Of a stretch of 64,000 nucleotides of DNA, positions 50,394 to 61,939 are shown piece after piece. Location of the stretch: contig OX597824.1 of assembly GCA_951406725.2 (NCBI GenBank), positions 31,310,001 to 31,374,000 on the forward strand. Reading direction: 5' to 3'. A program made the translations under genes and the position numbers. The notes below the pieces were generated by a model. It saw only the letters and a program-made list of their open reading frames with translations, ran no database searches and was not told the DNA's origin. Source of the stretch: Octopus vulgaris. Its lineage: Eukaryota. Position 1 is the stretch's first letter; every line of letters begins with the position of its first letter.

Positions 50394-50920
50394 GAGAATT
50401 CACAAAAAAAACAAAAGATGAAGACAGGTGGTGTAGACAACAAACAGATCCATTAGTTTAATGCTCAGGAACTGAAAAAGTCTTTAACGTTTCGAGCCTA
50501 CGCTCTTCCACAGAAAGGAAGACAGAAAGAAACAAGGAGAGAAAATAAAGAATGTGTAAGTGGCTAGCGATCTATCATGGTTAATGCCGGACAGAAGGGT
50601 CACACAGGAGAGCTAGAAAGAAGGGGTGATAATAAAGTAGTGGTGATCCCAAAACAAAGGTGCGTGTGTGTGTGTATAAGAGAGTATGTGTGTACATGTG
50701 GAAGAGGGCTGGTGACCTTGACGTGTGCATGTGTGTATGTCTAGGTGTGAAGAAGTGGGGCTGGGAAGTGGTCAGTGCTAGTGTGTGTGTGATGGTGTGA
50801 TGTGACGTGATGTGTTGTGTGGTATGGTGTGATGGTGTTGGGAGGTGGGGAGACGAGAGCAGAGAAAGCAAGGGTGGGGTGTGGGTTAGGCTGAGGGTTG
50901 GGATAGAGGTGGGGTGTATA

Positions 50921-51001
<81 letters not shown>

Positions 51002-51155
51002 TATTTTCTCTCCCTGTTTATTTCTCTGTTCCTTTCTGTTGAAGAGCGTAGGCTCAAAATGTAAAAGACTGTCTCACTTCCCGAGCGTTAAATTAATACA
51101 TCTGTTTGTTGTTTACACACCCGTCTTCATCTTTTGTTTTTTTGTAAATTCTCAC
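50394..51155. mobile_element. Inverted pair of ~150-bp Penelope-like terminal repeats (50394-50547 and 51002-51155)
   Basis: gagaattcacaaaaaaaacaaaagatgaagac..gagcctacgctcttc..ggagagaaaata is mirrored by tattttctctcc..gaagagcgtaggctc..gtcttcatcttttg..aaattctc; contains a divergent hammerhead-like gagc-gtag-gctc-GAAA motif. Confidence 0.55.
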
Positions 51156-51189
51156 TATATATATATATGATTGATTGATTGATTGATTC

Positions 51190-53840
51190 TAGTTTCACCT
51201 TATGAGCTGTGGCCATGCTGGGGCACCGCCATTTGGTGTTGCTACTTGGTTTCACATTTCATGGAGGCTTTCTAGCAACTGCTATTTGGTGCATGAGAGA
51301 GTTCGATGCAGCTGCCCTCATCTGCCCCTCCTGCCATGAAGTTGGTTCATCTGGGACACCTGACAGGAAGAGATCCAGCTCCATTTTAAAGACATCTGTA
51401 TCCACCCCATGCAGGTCTCTCAGGTTCTTCGAGAGGATATTGAAGAGCTGTGGGCCTCGGAAGCCCAGGCTATCACAGAATCTTGTCCTACATCTTGATG
51501 GCAAGTTTGGAGTCCTAGGCACCATGCAGTGGCGCCCAGTTCTGGCATTTGCGTAACTCTCGATGCCAAAGTTCAGGACACTTCCCTCCAGGATCTTCCA
51601 GATGTATATTATGGCATATCTTTCCCGCCTACGCTCCAGGGAATATAATTTTAATCTCTTGAGTCTTTCCCAGTAGCTTACATTCTGCATAGAGGCTATC
51701 TTCTTTGTGTAGCTTCGTTGGATCGCCTCAAGTTCTGTGATCAACTTGACACTGGATGGTGACCATAGCTGAGAGCAATAGTCAAAGTGGCTTAGGACAA
51801 GTGTCTTCCAGAGGACCATCATGGTTTCTTGTTCTCTTGTTCTAAAGGTTCTAAGAATCCATCCAGCCAGCCGCCTGCATTTCATTGTCAGTTTAGCAAC
51901 ATGTACATGAAAGGTCGCGTCATCACTCATGTGAATACCCAGGTCACGCACTGATTGTGCCTCTGGGATTGCAATCCCTCCGGGTCCAGTGTATTCCTTG
52001 GGTATTGCATTCAGTTTTGCATGCTGATAGTATAAAGCTTGAAACTTTTCAGCATTGAACTGCATGCTATTCTTTTCAGCCCACTTGTATATTTCGTCCA
52101 GCTCATATTGCAGGTGCTTAGTGTCTTCAGGGTTCTGTATTGCCTGTGAAACTTTTGTATCATCTGCATAACTTGTGATCGTGGCTCTCCGCGTGGCTGA
52201 GGGCATGTCTGAGAGGGCCATTATGAACAGTAGTGGTCCCAAAACAGTGCCCTGTGGAACACCGCTCACTATTTGCGTGCTAATGGAAGTGGCCCCATTG
52301 GCTACTACCACCTGACTTCTATTCTTCAGAAAGTCGTGAAGCCATTCTCCTAGTTTTCCAACTATGCCAAGATCACGCAGTTTGTGACATATCATTCCAT
52401 GATCGACTTTATCGAAGGCCTTTGCGAAGTCGAGATATATGACTTCCACATTTGAGTGGTTGAGCAGTTGTTTCAGCACCCAGTCATAGTGCTGCAGGAG
52501 CTGAGTTAAGCAGCTTCTTCCTGGTCGGAAACCATGTTGGGTGTCAGGCAGCAAGTTATTTTCTTCAAGGAAGGTGATTAGTTTCCTTCTGACTATTCGT
52601 TCCATGACCTTGCTGATGTGTGAGGTCAGAGAGATAGGTCTGTAGTTCTTGGCCTCCGCTCTGCTACCTCCTTTATGAATAGGGCATATTTTACCTTCCT
52701 TCAGTTTTCTTGGAAGTTTGCCAGCTGCAAGGAAGCTCTGAAAGAGGAACTGCAGTGGTCTTGCTAAGACTCTCTTACATACTTTTAGGAGGATTGCCGG
52801 GAATCCATTCGGGGCCAATAGCTGAGTCTGTTTTCATTTCATCTATAGCCTTTATTACATCGTCTTCCTTTATATCGATGTAATTTATCGTCGCCGCCTC
52901 TGATTCTATATCTGCAGTGGTAAAGAAGTCAGTTAGATTGCTGATTTGGAAATGCCCAAGGGGTGGAGTGAAAACACTCTTGAATTGTTCATTCAGTATA
53001 TCACTTACCCTCATTGGTTTTCCTGTGAGTGTGCCATCCTTTTCAAGGAGTGGCCCTATCCTACAGTGCACCGTAGCTGTTTCTTTGGCATACCTGTAGA
53101 AAGCTCTGGGGTTAGTTTTTATGTTGTCTATAGCCCAGGCTTCTTTGTCTGCTCTTTCCTTCTCATGGGAGAGTTGCAGACAATTTTCAATTTCCAACAG
53201 TTTTATTTTCAGGCGGGACTTTTCACTGCTTTCAATTTGTTTGTTTAGGCGATTTGAAATTTTTGTACGCCGTCTCATTAAAATTTTCCTCTCTCTGGGG
53301 ATTTTGTTCTTGTGTACAGTAGTCTTTCTCTCTGGGACACATTTGTAGCATATGGCTTGCATTACAGACATGAATTGTTGAAGTATCATGTCGATGTCCG
53401 GCGAGGAGAGACATTCAGGCAAGTTTTGTTTGAGGATCTCTTTCTCAATTTGTTTCCAGTTTGCCTTATTGAAGTTCAAGCTGGAAAGATTCTGAGGGTT
53501 TCTTGTAGGCTGCATGTCCGTGCTCTCTTTTGGCCCGTACATGGTCAGCTCTACCATGTTGTGATCCGAGAGTAGTGTCGGTGTCACTTTCACATTATGG
53601 ATGAGATCCATATTATTTGTGAAGCAGAGATCCAGTGTGTTACCTGCTCTGGTTGGTTGGAGTATTACTTGCTCCATGTACAGGGTGTTGGTGAGGTTCA
53701 GGAGGGACCTCGCCTGTCCTCGTTCACATCTTGTCATTCCTGGGAGAGAAAGGCCCTCGGGCCATCTGACATTCGGTAGATTGAAGTCTCCCATGAGAAG
53801 TACACTTATGTGTTGTTCTAATGTGGTTAGAACTTCTTCT
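51190..53840 (-). mobile_element. CR1/L2-group LINE, 5'-truncated, ORF2 nearly intact (one frameshift ~52800)
   Basis: ORF 52775-53878 (GDFNLP..TLDLCFTN..SDHN) and ORF 51259-52818 (NYRPISLTS, QHGFR, DFAKAFDKVDH, GVPQGTVLGP, YADDTK). Confidence 0.93.
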
Positions 53841-54566
53841 ATTTGTGTGTGTATATATATATATATATATACACACACACATATATATATACATGCATAT
53901 ATGGGTACAGGACGTCACCAATGGTGCAAATAACATGAAATATGTAAACAAGGAGAAGAAATGGAAAACAGGACAAATAACCACTGTGAAAAGACCATTC
54001 ATCAGTTATTAGCTGTTTATCTACTCCTCATTTCAAGCATTCTACAACAATAGGAGTCTTCAAAACAGTTGCTCCCATAAATTCTAAAATAAAATGTAGG
54101 ATTTATGGAGTGTTAAAGTTGGGAACAAAATCATGACAGTGGAGACATACAAGGAAGCCGAATGAAAACAAACATGGAGCAACATTAGACCAGAATTAGA
54201 GGAAAATAGTGAACACAAGAAGAAACACTTTTTTTGAAAAGAAGAAAGATAGAAGAGGGAGAAAAAAATCACGTCCACTCTTTTGAACATCTGTGCAGGA
54301 AAAGTATGATGATCGCGTGAGGAAAAGAAAGATGGATGATGGTCATGTATGAGCAACGAGAGAGAGAGAGGGGGGAAGAGGAGGGAGAAAGAGACAGATA
54401 GAAATATCTCCTCAGTAAATCATAAATCTGAAAAAGAAGCAGGTTCTATGTTATAGAATAATAAATAGATAAAGATAGATATGGCTAGTCTATGGAGTTA
54501 CCCTGGTTTTCACATCCATAAAGTACTTAGCTTGGCATCTCTAGCTAGTGAGAGGCCACTTGCCTA

Positions 54567-54625
54567 GGGTCTGAAGAAATGCTCTAAAGTTAAGCACTTT
54601 ATGGATATGAAACCTAGGGTAACCC
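54567..54625 (+). ncRNA. Type I hammerhead motif with an inverted partial copy upstream (~54461-54533)
   Basis: gggt-CTGAAGA-aatgc..atggatat-GAAA-cctaggg-TA-accc; 54485-54533 is the reverse complement of ~54587-54635. Confidence 0.55.
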
Positions 54626-54674
54626 CCATAGACCAGCTATATCCATCTTTATCTATCTATCTATCTGTCTATCA

Positions 54675-54759
<85 letters not shown>

Positions 54760-55174
54760 CCTACCTACCTACCTATCTATCTATCTATCTATCTATATAT
54801 ATATATATAGATATATATAAAATTATAAATAAAGGTAAAAGAAAAAGAAATTTCTATGTCAATATGCTGAGAAATAGACTTTAAATTGTCAATCACCACA
54901 TACAATATACATCACTATAATTAACATTCTGTTGAAATCGAGGAAAGCATTAAAAAAAATTCCATTAGCTTGCTTTCAGATTGGCATTGAAATTTTTTTT
55001 CGTTTGTCCTTATTTATAATTGTTTATAATTTTCACCTTAAGAGGTATTTTAGTATCCTGGCAACTTGATGAAATTTTTGAAAAAAATTTTATGCTATAT
55101 TAGAAGTATCTATCTACACACACACACACACACATACACACGTAAACACACACACACACATACACACACATGAC

Positions 55175-55600
55175 AGAAGTAAGACACCCTTATAATCATT
55201 AAAATTTTTTAAAATCTGAAATTATGCATTAAGATTACTTATTAATTGTTATAATGTAAATATTTAATATTTAGTAGACATATACTTTGCATTTTTCAAT
55301 TCAAAGACCCTATTAAGCATATTAAAGTTCAGATGCCAAATATTTTCCTGAGGAATTTCTTGCCAAGTTTCATGCAGTAATCTCAAGTGATCTGGCTTTG
55401 AAGATGCTTTCTTGTTCTTTTTATGAAGTGTCCTGTCCATTATGTCCCAGAGGTGTTCAATAGGGTTCATATCTGGTGACTGGCTTGGCCATGGAAGCTT
55501 TTTAATTCCATTTTCTTCCAACAAATCTTGGGTCATTTTAGCTGTGTGACAAGGAGCCTCATCTTCCATAAAAAAGTGTTTTCTTTAATCATTTCACCAC
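55175..55600 (-). mobile_element. Tc1/mariner transposase 3' fragment
   Basis: ORF 55264-55569: DEAPCHTAK..WPSQSPDMNPIEHLW..STKY (DDE C-terminal motif). Confidence 0.85.
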
Positions 55601-55713
55601 TTGAGAAGATTGAAAGGAGTTTATGCCATCTAAGATGGCATAAACAGTGTGACAGTTGCTTTTGTCTTGCAATGCAAAAATAATTAACAAGTAAAGGAAA
55701 AAACTGCTCTTAC

Positions 55714-55833
55714 CTTTATTCCTGAAAAGCAGCAACAAATGCTTGAAGAAATAATAGCGAAAATAAATTCCAGAACCATTAAAAATACTCCAAAGAAAAA
55801 CAAAATACTCATAAAATCGTTGGTAGATTCAGC
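55714..55833 (-). CDS. Gene B exon (AESTNDFMSILFFFGVFLMVLEFIFAIISSSICCCFSGIK; TM4)
   Basis: Acceptor tttttag, donor gtaaga; 120 nt, phase 0-0; homologous to gene A 13034-13153 (EFILAIVSSSICCC vs EFIFAIISSSICCC). Confidence 0.88.
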
Positions 55834-56773
55834 CTAAAAAAGACAAAAAGAGCATGTGAATGAGAAAGAAAGTCACACATGATAATCTTGCTTGTACTTT
55901 CCATACTTTTCTAGTATTACTGAAATTAATCTTGCAAATTAGTGCTTCGCTTTTAAGGATTTCTCAGTAGTATTAAAGTGGTTTTTATGTAGTCTTTTAT
56001 TGTCTCACTAGTTTCATTAATTTGAATGTGGCCATACTGGGGTGCCACCTTCAAGGATTTAGCTGATTATATCAACCTAAATAACTTTTACTAGTTGTAA
56101 TTCTATCAGCCTCAGATGGATGAAAAACAAAGTTGTTGACTGAAGGAAGGATTTAAACTCAGAATCTAAAGGAATGTAACCAAATACCACAACCTGTTTT
56201 GTAAGACATTTTACCATTTCTACATCCAACAGCTTGTATATAAATTCATATGAACATTACAGTGTTTCTCAGAGAAAATTTCAGGAAAGAAAATTTTTAT
56301 AGAAATTATTACAGAGAAGTTTATAAAATGCACACATGCAATTCTAACTGTCGAATTTCTATTAGAGAAACTATTGAAAAAGTGAAATAATAATATCCAA
56401 TTATTAATGATTCTATTACTGTTCTGCAACATCAAATGATTATCTCTTTTCACTATTTCAGCCAAACAATAAAATCATAATTACAAATATCTAAAATTAA
56501 TTTTTGAAGTACCCACATTGTGTTTTATGTTAGTTAATGTTAATGCTAATTAAAAAGTGTTTGATGAGTTTTGTAATTTATCATTTATTTTGTCAGCAAC
56601 AGGTACTATGTATATGTGAGCAATAATGGTGTGTTCCTTCACTCTCTGCCTGGACACAAGTACAAGGGCCCTAAAATTTAACTGAATAAAAGAAAAATAT
56701 GAAAAAGTTTGAAGAAAATCAAAAATTAGTTTAACAATCTACAAATGTTTTCCATCAATAAAAATCAATAATA

Positions 56774-57176
56774 TCTATATATATGTAAAACTGAGAATGT
56801 GTGTGTCTCGCTGTCTGTGTGTTTCCCTAAAACTTGAGAACTACACAACCAATTTCATTCACATTTTACACATGCCTTACTTAGGGTCTGGGGAGTGTCA
56901 TCGGCAAAAACTTTTTTTAACTTTTTGCTTAGGGCAAGTCCACAGCAATATCATATCGTCTCCACTATGATTCCCTAAAACTTGAGAACTACACAACCAA
57001 TTTCATTCAAATTTTACACATGCCTTACTTTGGGTCCATGTAGTTTTATGAGTAAAAATAAATGTTCAACTTCTTGCCTAGGGCGAGCCCACAGCAATAT
57101 CATATTTTCTCCACTATTTCAGTATTATGTGTTAAAAGTGAAACAAAAACATCTCTCTATTGTATGTATATGGATG

Positions 57177-57227
<51 letters not shown>

Positions 57228-58210
57228 CAAAATATAAAGTTATATCTTGAGATCGTTAGTGACAACAATGCTTAAAATATATAACAGACTGGAATAGTAG
57301 TGCTCAAATGAGCTGTATACACTTTTTAATCCGAGGGGAGGCAATGCGAGCAGCAACTACAAGAGCACAGCAAAATCCACAGAAAGATCAAACACAAACA
57401 TATATTCATATATTCATTTATATCTACAAAACAGATATAAAGCCCAACGTTTAGAAATATATAGTAATATATAAATATATAAACATCATATAAAAATATA
57501 TTGTACGCATAAGATCCACTCGACGTTCCATAAGAAATTTAGAAATAAAAATAGCAATAAAAGTTAAAGGTAATAATAGCAATTGAATTAAATATAGTAA
57601 ATATAGTAAGTAGTAGTTAAAATAAAACTAAAGTATGCTAATTAAATCGTAATATAACAATTAAAAGAAAAAATAGCAATTAGAATAAAATGTATCAAGG
57701 ACTTGAACTCAAATATGTGGCTTTGCATGAATGGGAGAAATTAAAAGATTAAAAATTTAATTGAGTGCAGAAGTGAATTAGTCCAGATGGAGCTGTGCGC
57801 ATACCATTTACTATAGCTGCTAGATTGAATTATATGCTTATAAAGTAGCATTCAGTATCTATGAGAATTTTGGGGAGTTCATAATGTCTGGTCTTTCGCA
57901 TGTAGCCGGTATGTAATTGTGCATTTGTTTCCGTGTACTATGTGTTGTGTGTAAAAAACATCCTGACAAAGGGAGTGTCAATTTTAAATATATGATGTTT
58001 CATATTAATTGGCACATCTCCGAAACAGCCCATAGATTAACTTTTATGTATTTTTGTAAATTTGTATATTTATCTTCTATGTATTTTTCTCTGGAATTTT
58101 AATTCGTCTTTTTAATATGTCATTGTATGTTTTATTACTCCAAATTTTTAATTTAACAAATTTATACCAAACTAGCACTACGACCCAGCAACACCGGGTC
58201 ATAATGCTAG
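56774..58210 (+). mobile_element. Helitron-like element with an internal ~145-bp tandem duplication and a probable nested insert
   Basis: 5' A|TCTATATATATG; 3' hairpin gacccagcaacaccgggtc then CTAG|T; 56825-56965 is repeated at 56972-57117. Confidence 0.55.
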
Positions 58211-58559
58211 TTTAAAATAATTTGATACAACCCCCAACTTTCATTAATAATTTCTGATCCAGATATTTTTAATCTGTACATTAATTGTTCATCACAGTTA
58301 TAAATTTATTATCATGTTTATTATAGTTGTGAGTACCGTAAGTGCCAAGTGAATTGACTTCAGAACTTGGTTCCATTTCCTCATAGAAACCCTTCTTCGT
58401 GTCTATAGAAATCCTTCTTCAAGTCTATATTTTCTTTAAAATAGGTATGATTTCCACAGTTTCTAACATCATCTTTGCAATGGTAGGATTTTATGTCAAT
58501 AGCAAAACTCTCTCTCTGTCTCCTTCTGTCTGTCTCTTTCTGTCTATCCATCTTATTTC

Positions 58560-58785
58560 TTTACTGCCCACAAGGGGCTAAACATAGAGGGGACAATCAA
58601 GGACAGACAAACGGATTAAGTCGATTATATCGACCCCAGTACGTAACTGGTACTTATTTAATCGACCCCGAAAGGATGAAAGGCAAAGTCGACCTCGGCG
58701 AAATTTGAACTCAGAACGTAGCGGCAGACGAAATACCACTAAGCATTTTACCCGGCATGCTAATGTTTCTGCTACTTCACCACCT
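58560..58785 (-). mobile_element. tRNA-derived SINE (second family)
   Basis: Minus-strand B-box-like GAGTTCAAATTTCG and A-box-like head; body cgaccccag..actggtactta. Confidence 0.7.
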
Positions 58786-59115
58786 TGTCTGTCCATCTGT
58801 CTGTCTCTCTCTATCTCTATCGTTCTTTCTCTCTTTCTTTCTCTCCCACTCCCCTTCTCTCTCATCCAAAAAGCAAAAAATTGAAGGTTTTCCTTTATAG
58901 AACTACAGCTTTAACAATGTGGCTCACATAAAGAAAAATTGATTTTCCAAAACAAATTAATTTAGTAGAATAAGTCAATTAGTCGTATGCTTTGAATTTT
59001 GACTGACAGGAAGCAAATGAGCTTTATTTTGATATTTTTCCATCATAAAAACAAAATAGTTAACTTTCATTAATAGAAATCTTCAACAGAACAATTCAAG
59101 TACAGGTGTACTTAC

Positions 59116-59205
59116 CGCAAATAAACTAATTATAACAAAAGCAGTTATTCCACCAAGTGCAAACAGTGAAGCTGATAAAACAGTCAAAATCAAATAGATT
59201 TTTAT
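59116..59205 (-). CDS. Gene B exon (IKIYLILTVLSASLFALGGITAFVIISLFA; TM3)
   Basis: Acceptor ttttccccag, donor gtaagt; 90 nt, phase 0-0; aligns with gene [20 protein letters not shown]. Confidence 0.85.
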
Positions 59206-59549
59206 CTGGGGAAAAAAAATGAAAGCACTTTATTTATCTTCTCTTATATATATATATAAATTTGTGTGTATGTATGTGTGTATGCATACACATACACACG
59301 CACACATACATATCCTAAGACCAAAGTGCCACATAAAAAGCACTGATGATGACAACATAAAAAAACACAGCCAGTACACTCTGTAAAATGGTGTTACAAA
59401 GGGCATCCAGCTGTAGAAGCCAAGCCAAAACCAACTGTGGAACACAGTGCAGCCCCTGACCTTAACAGCTCCTGTCAAACTACCCAACCATTCCCAGTAT
59501 GGAAAATGGACATTAAATGATGATGATGATGGTGATGTAGACGCCAGCC

Positions 59550-60330
59550 AAAATATCTCAAAAAACACTTCACAAGGGTAAAATTCACATTAGAGAATGA
59601 ATCAGAATTCTCCATAAAGGAATGTGGAACGTGCAACAATAGCTTCAAATATATAGAAAGTAGATTCTTGTTCAAAGTAAATTCAGATATGAACTGCAAG
59701 ACACAGAATCTCATATACTGCATTACTTGCCCCAGCAGCAAGGAGAATTATATTGGCGAAACAAACAATTCCTGTGCAAGAACCCACAGTCAACACATCC
59801 AAGAGGAACTACACAAGATTCCACTGGGCAAATATCTAGAAATGTGTGGTGAAGGAAAATTCAAAATCTTCCCCTTTTACAAAACAGTTCAAGAGATGAC
59901 CCAAAGTTCCAAAAAGCAATGGAGCTACTCTTCATCAAACAATTCTTTCCATAATTAAATGTTCGAACAAGAAGCAGAGGTACTGCATTTTGTCAAAACG
60001 ATTGGAAAGAGAAACAGAGACAATATTCATGACCACCCCTTCAGAGGAAACAAATTATGAACACCACATGGGTAGCTCACACAGACACTGTGCCCAGCTG
60101 GCTGGGAAAATAATGCAAATGAATGCTCCAATGAATGCTGTATTGATATCTAACAATACTCACATTACATGTAAGGTGACATCACTGTATGCTAAATGGT
60201 GTTGGTGTTCATCAAGAGAACTTCATTATAGTCATTTCATTATTGCTTTATTAATAGTAATGATGATGGATGAAGAGGAAACATTTATATTACACTGTTA
60301 CTGTTATTTCTGAATGTAGTTCCAATGTTT
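59550..60330 (+). mobile_element. Penelope-like element fragment (GIY-YIG endonuclease)
   Basis: ORF 59668-59958: MNCKTQNLIYCITCPSSKENYIGET..HSQHI..KFKIFPFYK. Confidence 0.8.
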
Positions 60331-61058
60331 AAAACGTGATTTCTTCTTCTTTTTTTCTTGCCTCCAAAATAAACAATATAATTAAAAAGAAACTTCTCTA
60401 TCTCTGTATCTCTCTCTCTCTTCCTCTTTCTCTCTTTTCCCTCTCTGTATTTTTTCTCCTTTTCTCAAAAAAACAAAAACAAAAATGTTTTCCCCTCTTC
60501 TAAACAAAGCAAAAACATCCATAAAAGAACAAGCAAAAGACAAAGCAAAAACTGCCACATAATAGAACAAGCCTTACCTTTGCATAGACCACAAAGCAAG
60601 AACAGACATTTTACAATCAATTCATTTCACCTTTTGGATCATCAGCCAAGCTTACTGTATTCATCTATTTTTCAATAATACCGACTAATGCAGGTATTAT
60701 GTTCCAAAAACACCAATGATAGGTGAAAATCCATGAAGTAGAAACAGTACTGTATATTTTTTTGTTTGTTTTTATAATTTACATATAATTATTTTATTAT
60801 AAATGCAAAACATCATCACAGAAGAATTGACATGATCTTAAATAATAAACCGTGATGGGTGAACCACGATATGGCGACAGATTACTGTACTCATTTCATT
60901 ACACCATTTACTTGAATGACCCGCAACATTCAAAAACAAACATAAAGTGAGTAAATGTTTCTTAGTTTGTTGTTTTGGTGTGTTGACTCCTATTTCTAGC
61001 AAGCTGGTATTTCAGTAACTTATATTTATTTGCATGTGAATGTGTGTCTGTGTGTATG

Positions 61059-61102
<44 letters not shown>

Positions 61103-61104
<2 letters not shown>

Positions 61105-61390
61105 GACCCCCTTCGGTCATGAATGACCATGGGATTGCACCTAGAAAGTTACCCTCCTAGACACAAGTCCGGGCAAGGTTGTTTACGGAAGACCAGCAGT
61201 CGCCCATGCATACCAGCCTCCCCTCTCCACGCCACCAGTGTTATCCAAGGGAAAGACAAAGGTCGATACAGCTTGGCACCAATGACGTCGCAACTCATTT
61301 CTACAGCTGAGTGAACTGGAGCAACGTGAAATAAAGTGCTTTGCTCAAGAACACAACACGCAGCCCGGTCCGGGATTCGAGCTGACAACC

Positions 61391-61392
<2 letters not shown>
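61103..61392 (-). mobile_element. SINE (third family), 5'-truncated
   Basis: Minus-strand B-box-like GCTCGAATCCCGG; flanked by (TA)n on both sides. Confidence 0.6.
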
Positions 61393-61443
<51 letters not shown>

Positions 61444-61469
61444 TTATATATATATATATGTATGTATAT

Positions 61470-61912
61470 AAAAGAAATCTTCAAAGCCACAGTCAAACCA
61501 ATTCTACTATATGGCTCAGAAACCTGGACGTTATCAAAGAAGCTTGAGAGGCAGTTGGATGGAACCTACACTCGCCTCCTTATGAGAGCTCAAAATCTCT
61601 CGTGGAAGCGTCATCTAACCAAAATGCAAATATATGGGAAACTACCACCTGTGTCATCTCTTGTGAAAGGTAGGAGAGTCCAGTTTGCTGGACGTTGTTG
61701 TAGAGCTGAAAATGAGGCAATTTCTACTCTTCTCCTCTGGAAGCCATCTACTCGCGATACCAGAGGGTGCACACTCTCCTACCGTGATGTAATCTCCAGG
61801 GATACAGGCATCCAGCAACAGGACCTCCGTAATGCTATGATGGGCCGTGATGTCTGGCGTAGCATGGAAAATTCCATTGTCTCAACCACGGTTGAACAAT
61901 GATGAATGATGA
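61470..61912 (+). mobile_element. RTE-like LINE 3' fragment (different family)
   Basis: IFKATVKPILLYGSETWTLSKKLERQLDGTYTRLL..RVQFAG; (ATG)n tail. Confidence 0.8.
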
Positions 61913-61939
61913 TGTATGTATACTTTTCTCTTTTCTTTA

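Noticed and set aside
60578-60752. Candidate upstream (TM2) exon of gene B near minus-strand donor-like sites (cttac at ~60573 and ~60651)
   Set aside because: Every phase-compatible frame has a stop and there is no convincing similarity to the 72-nt gene A exon; the 5' exons probably lie beyond the window.
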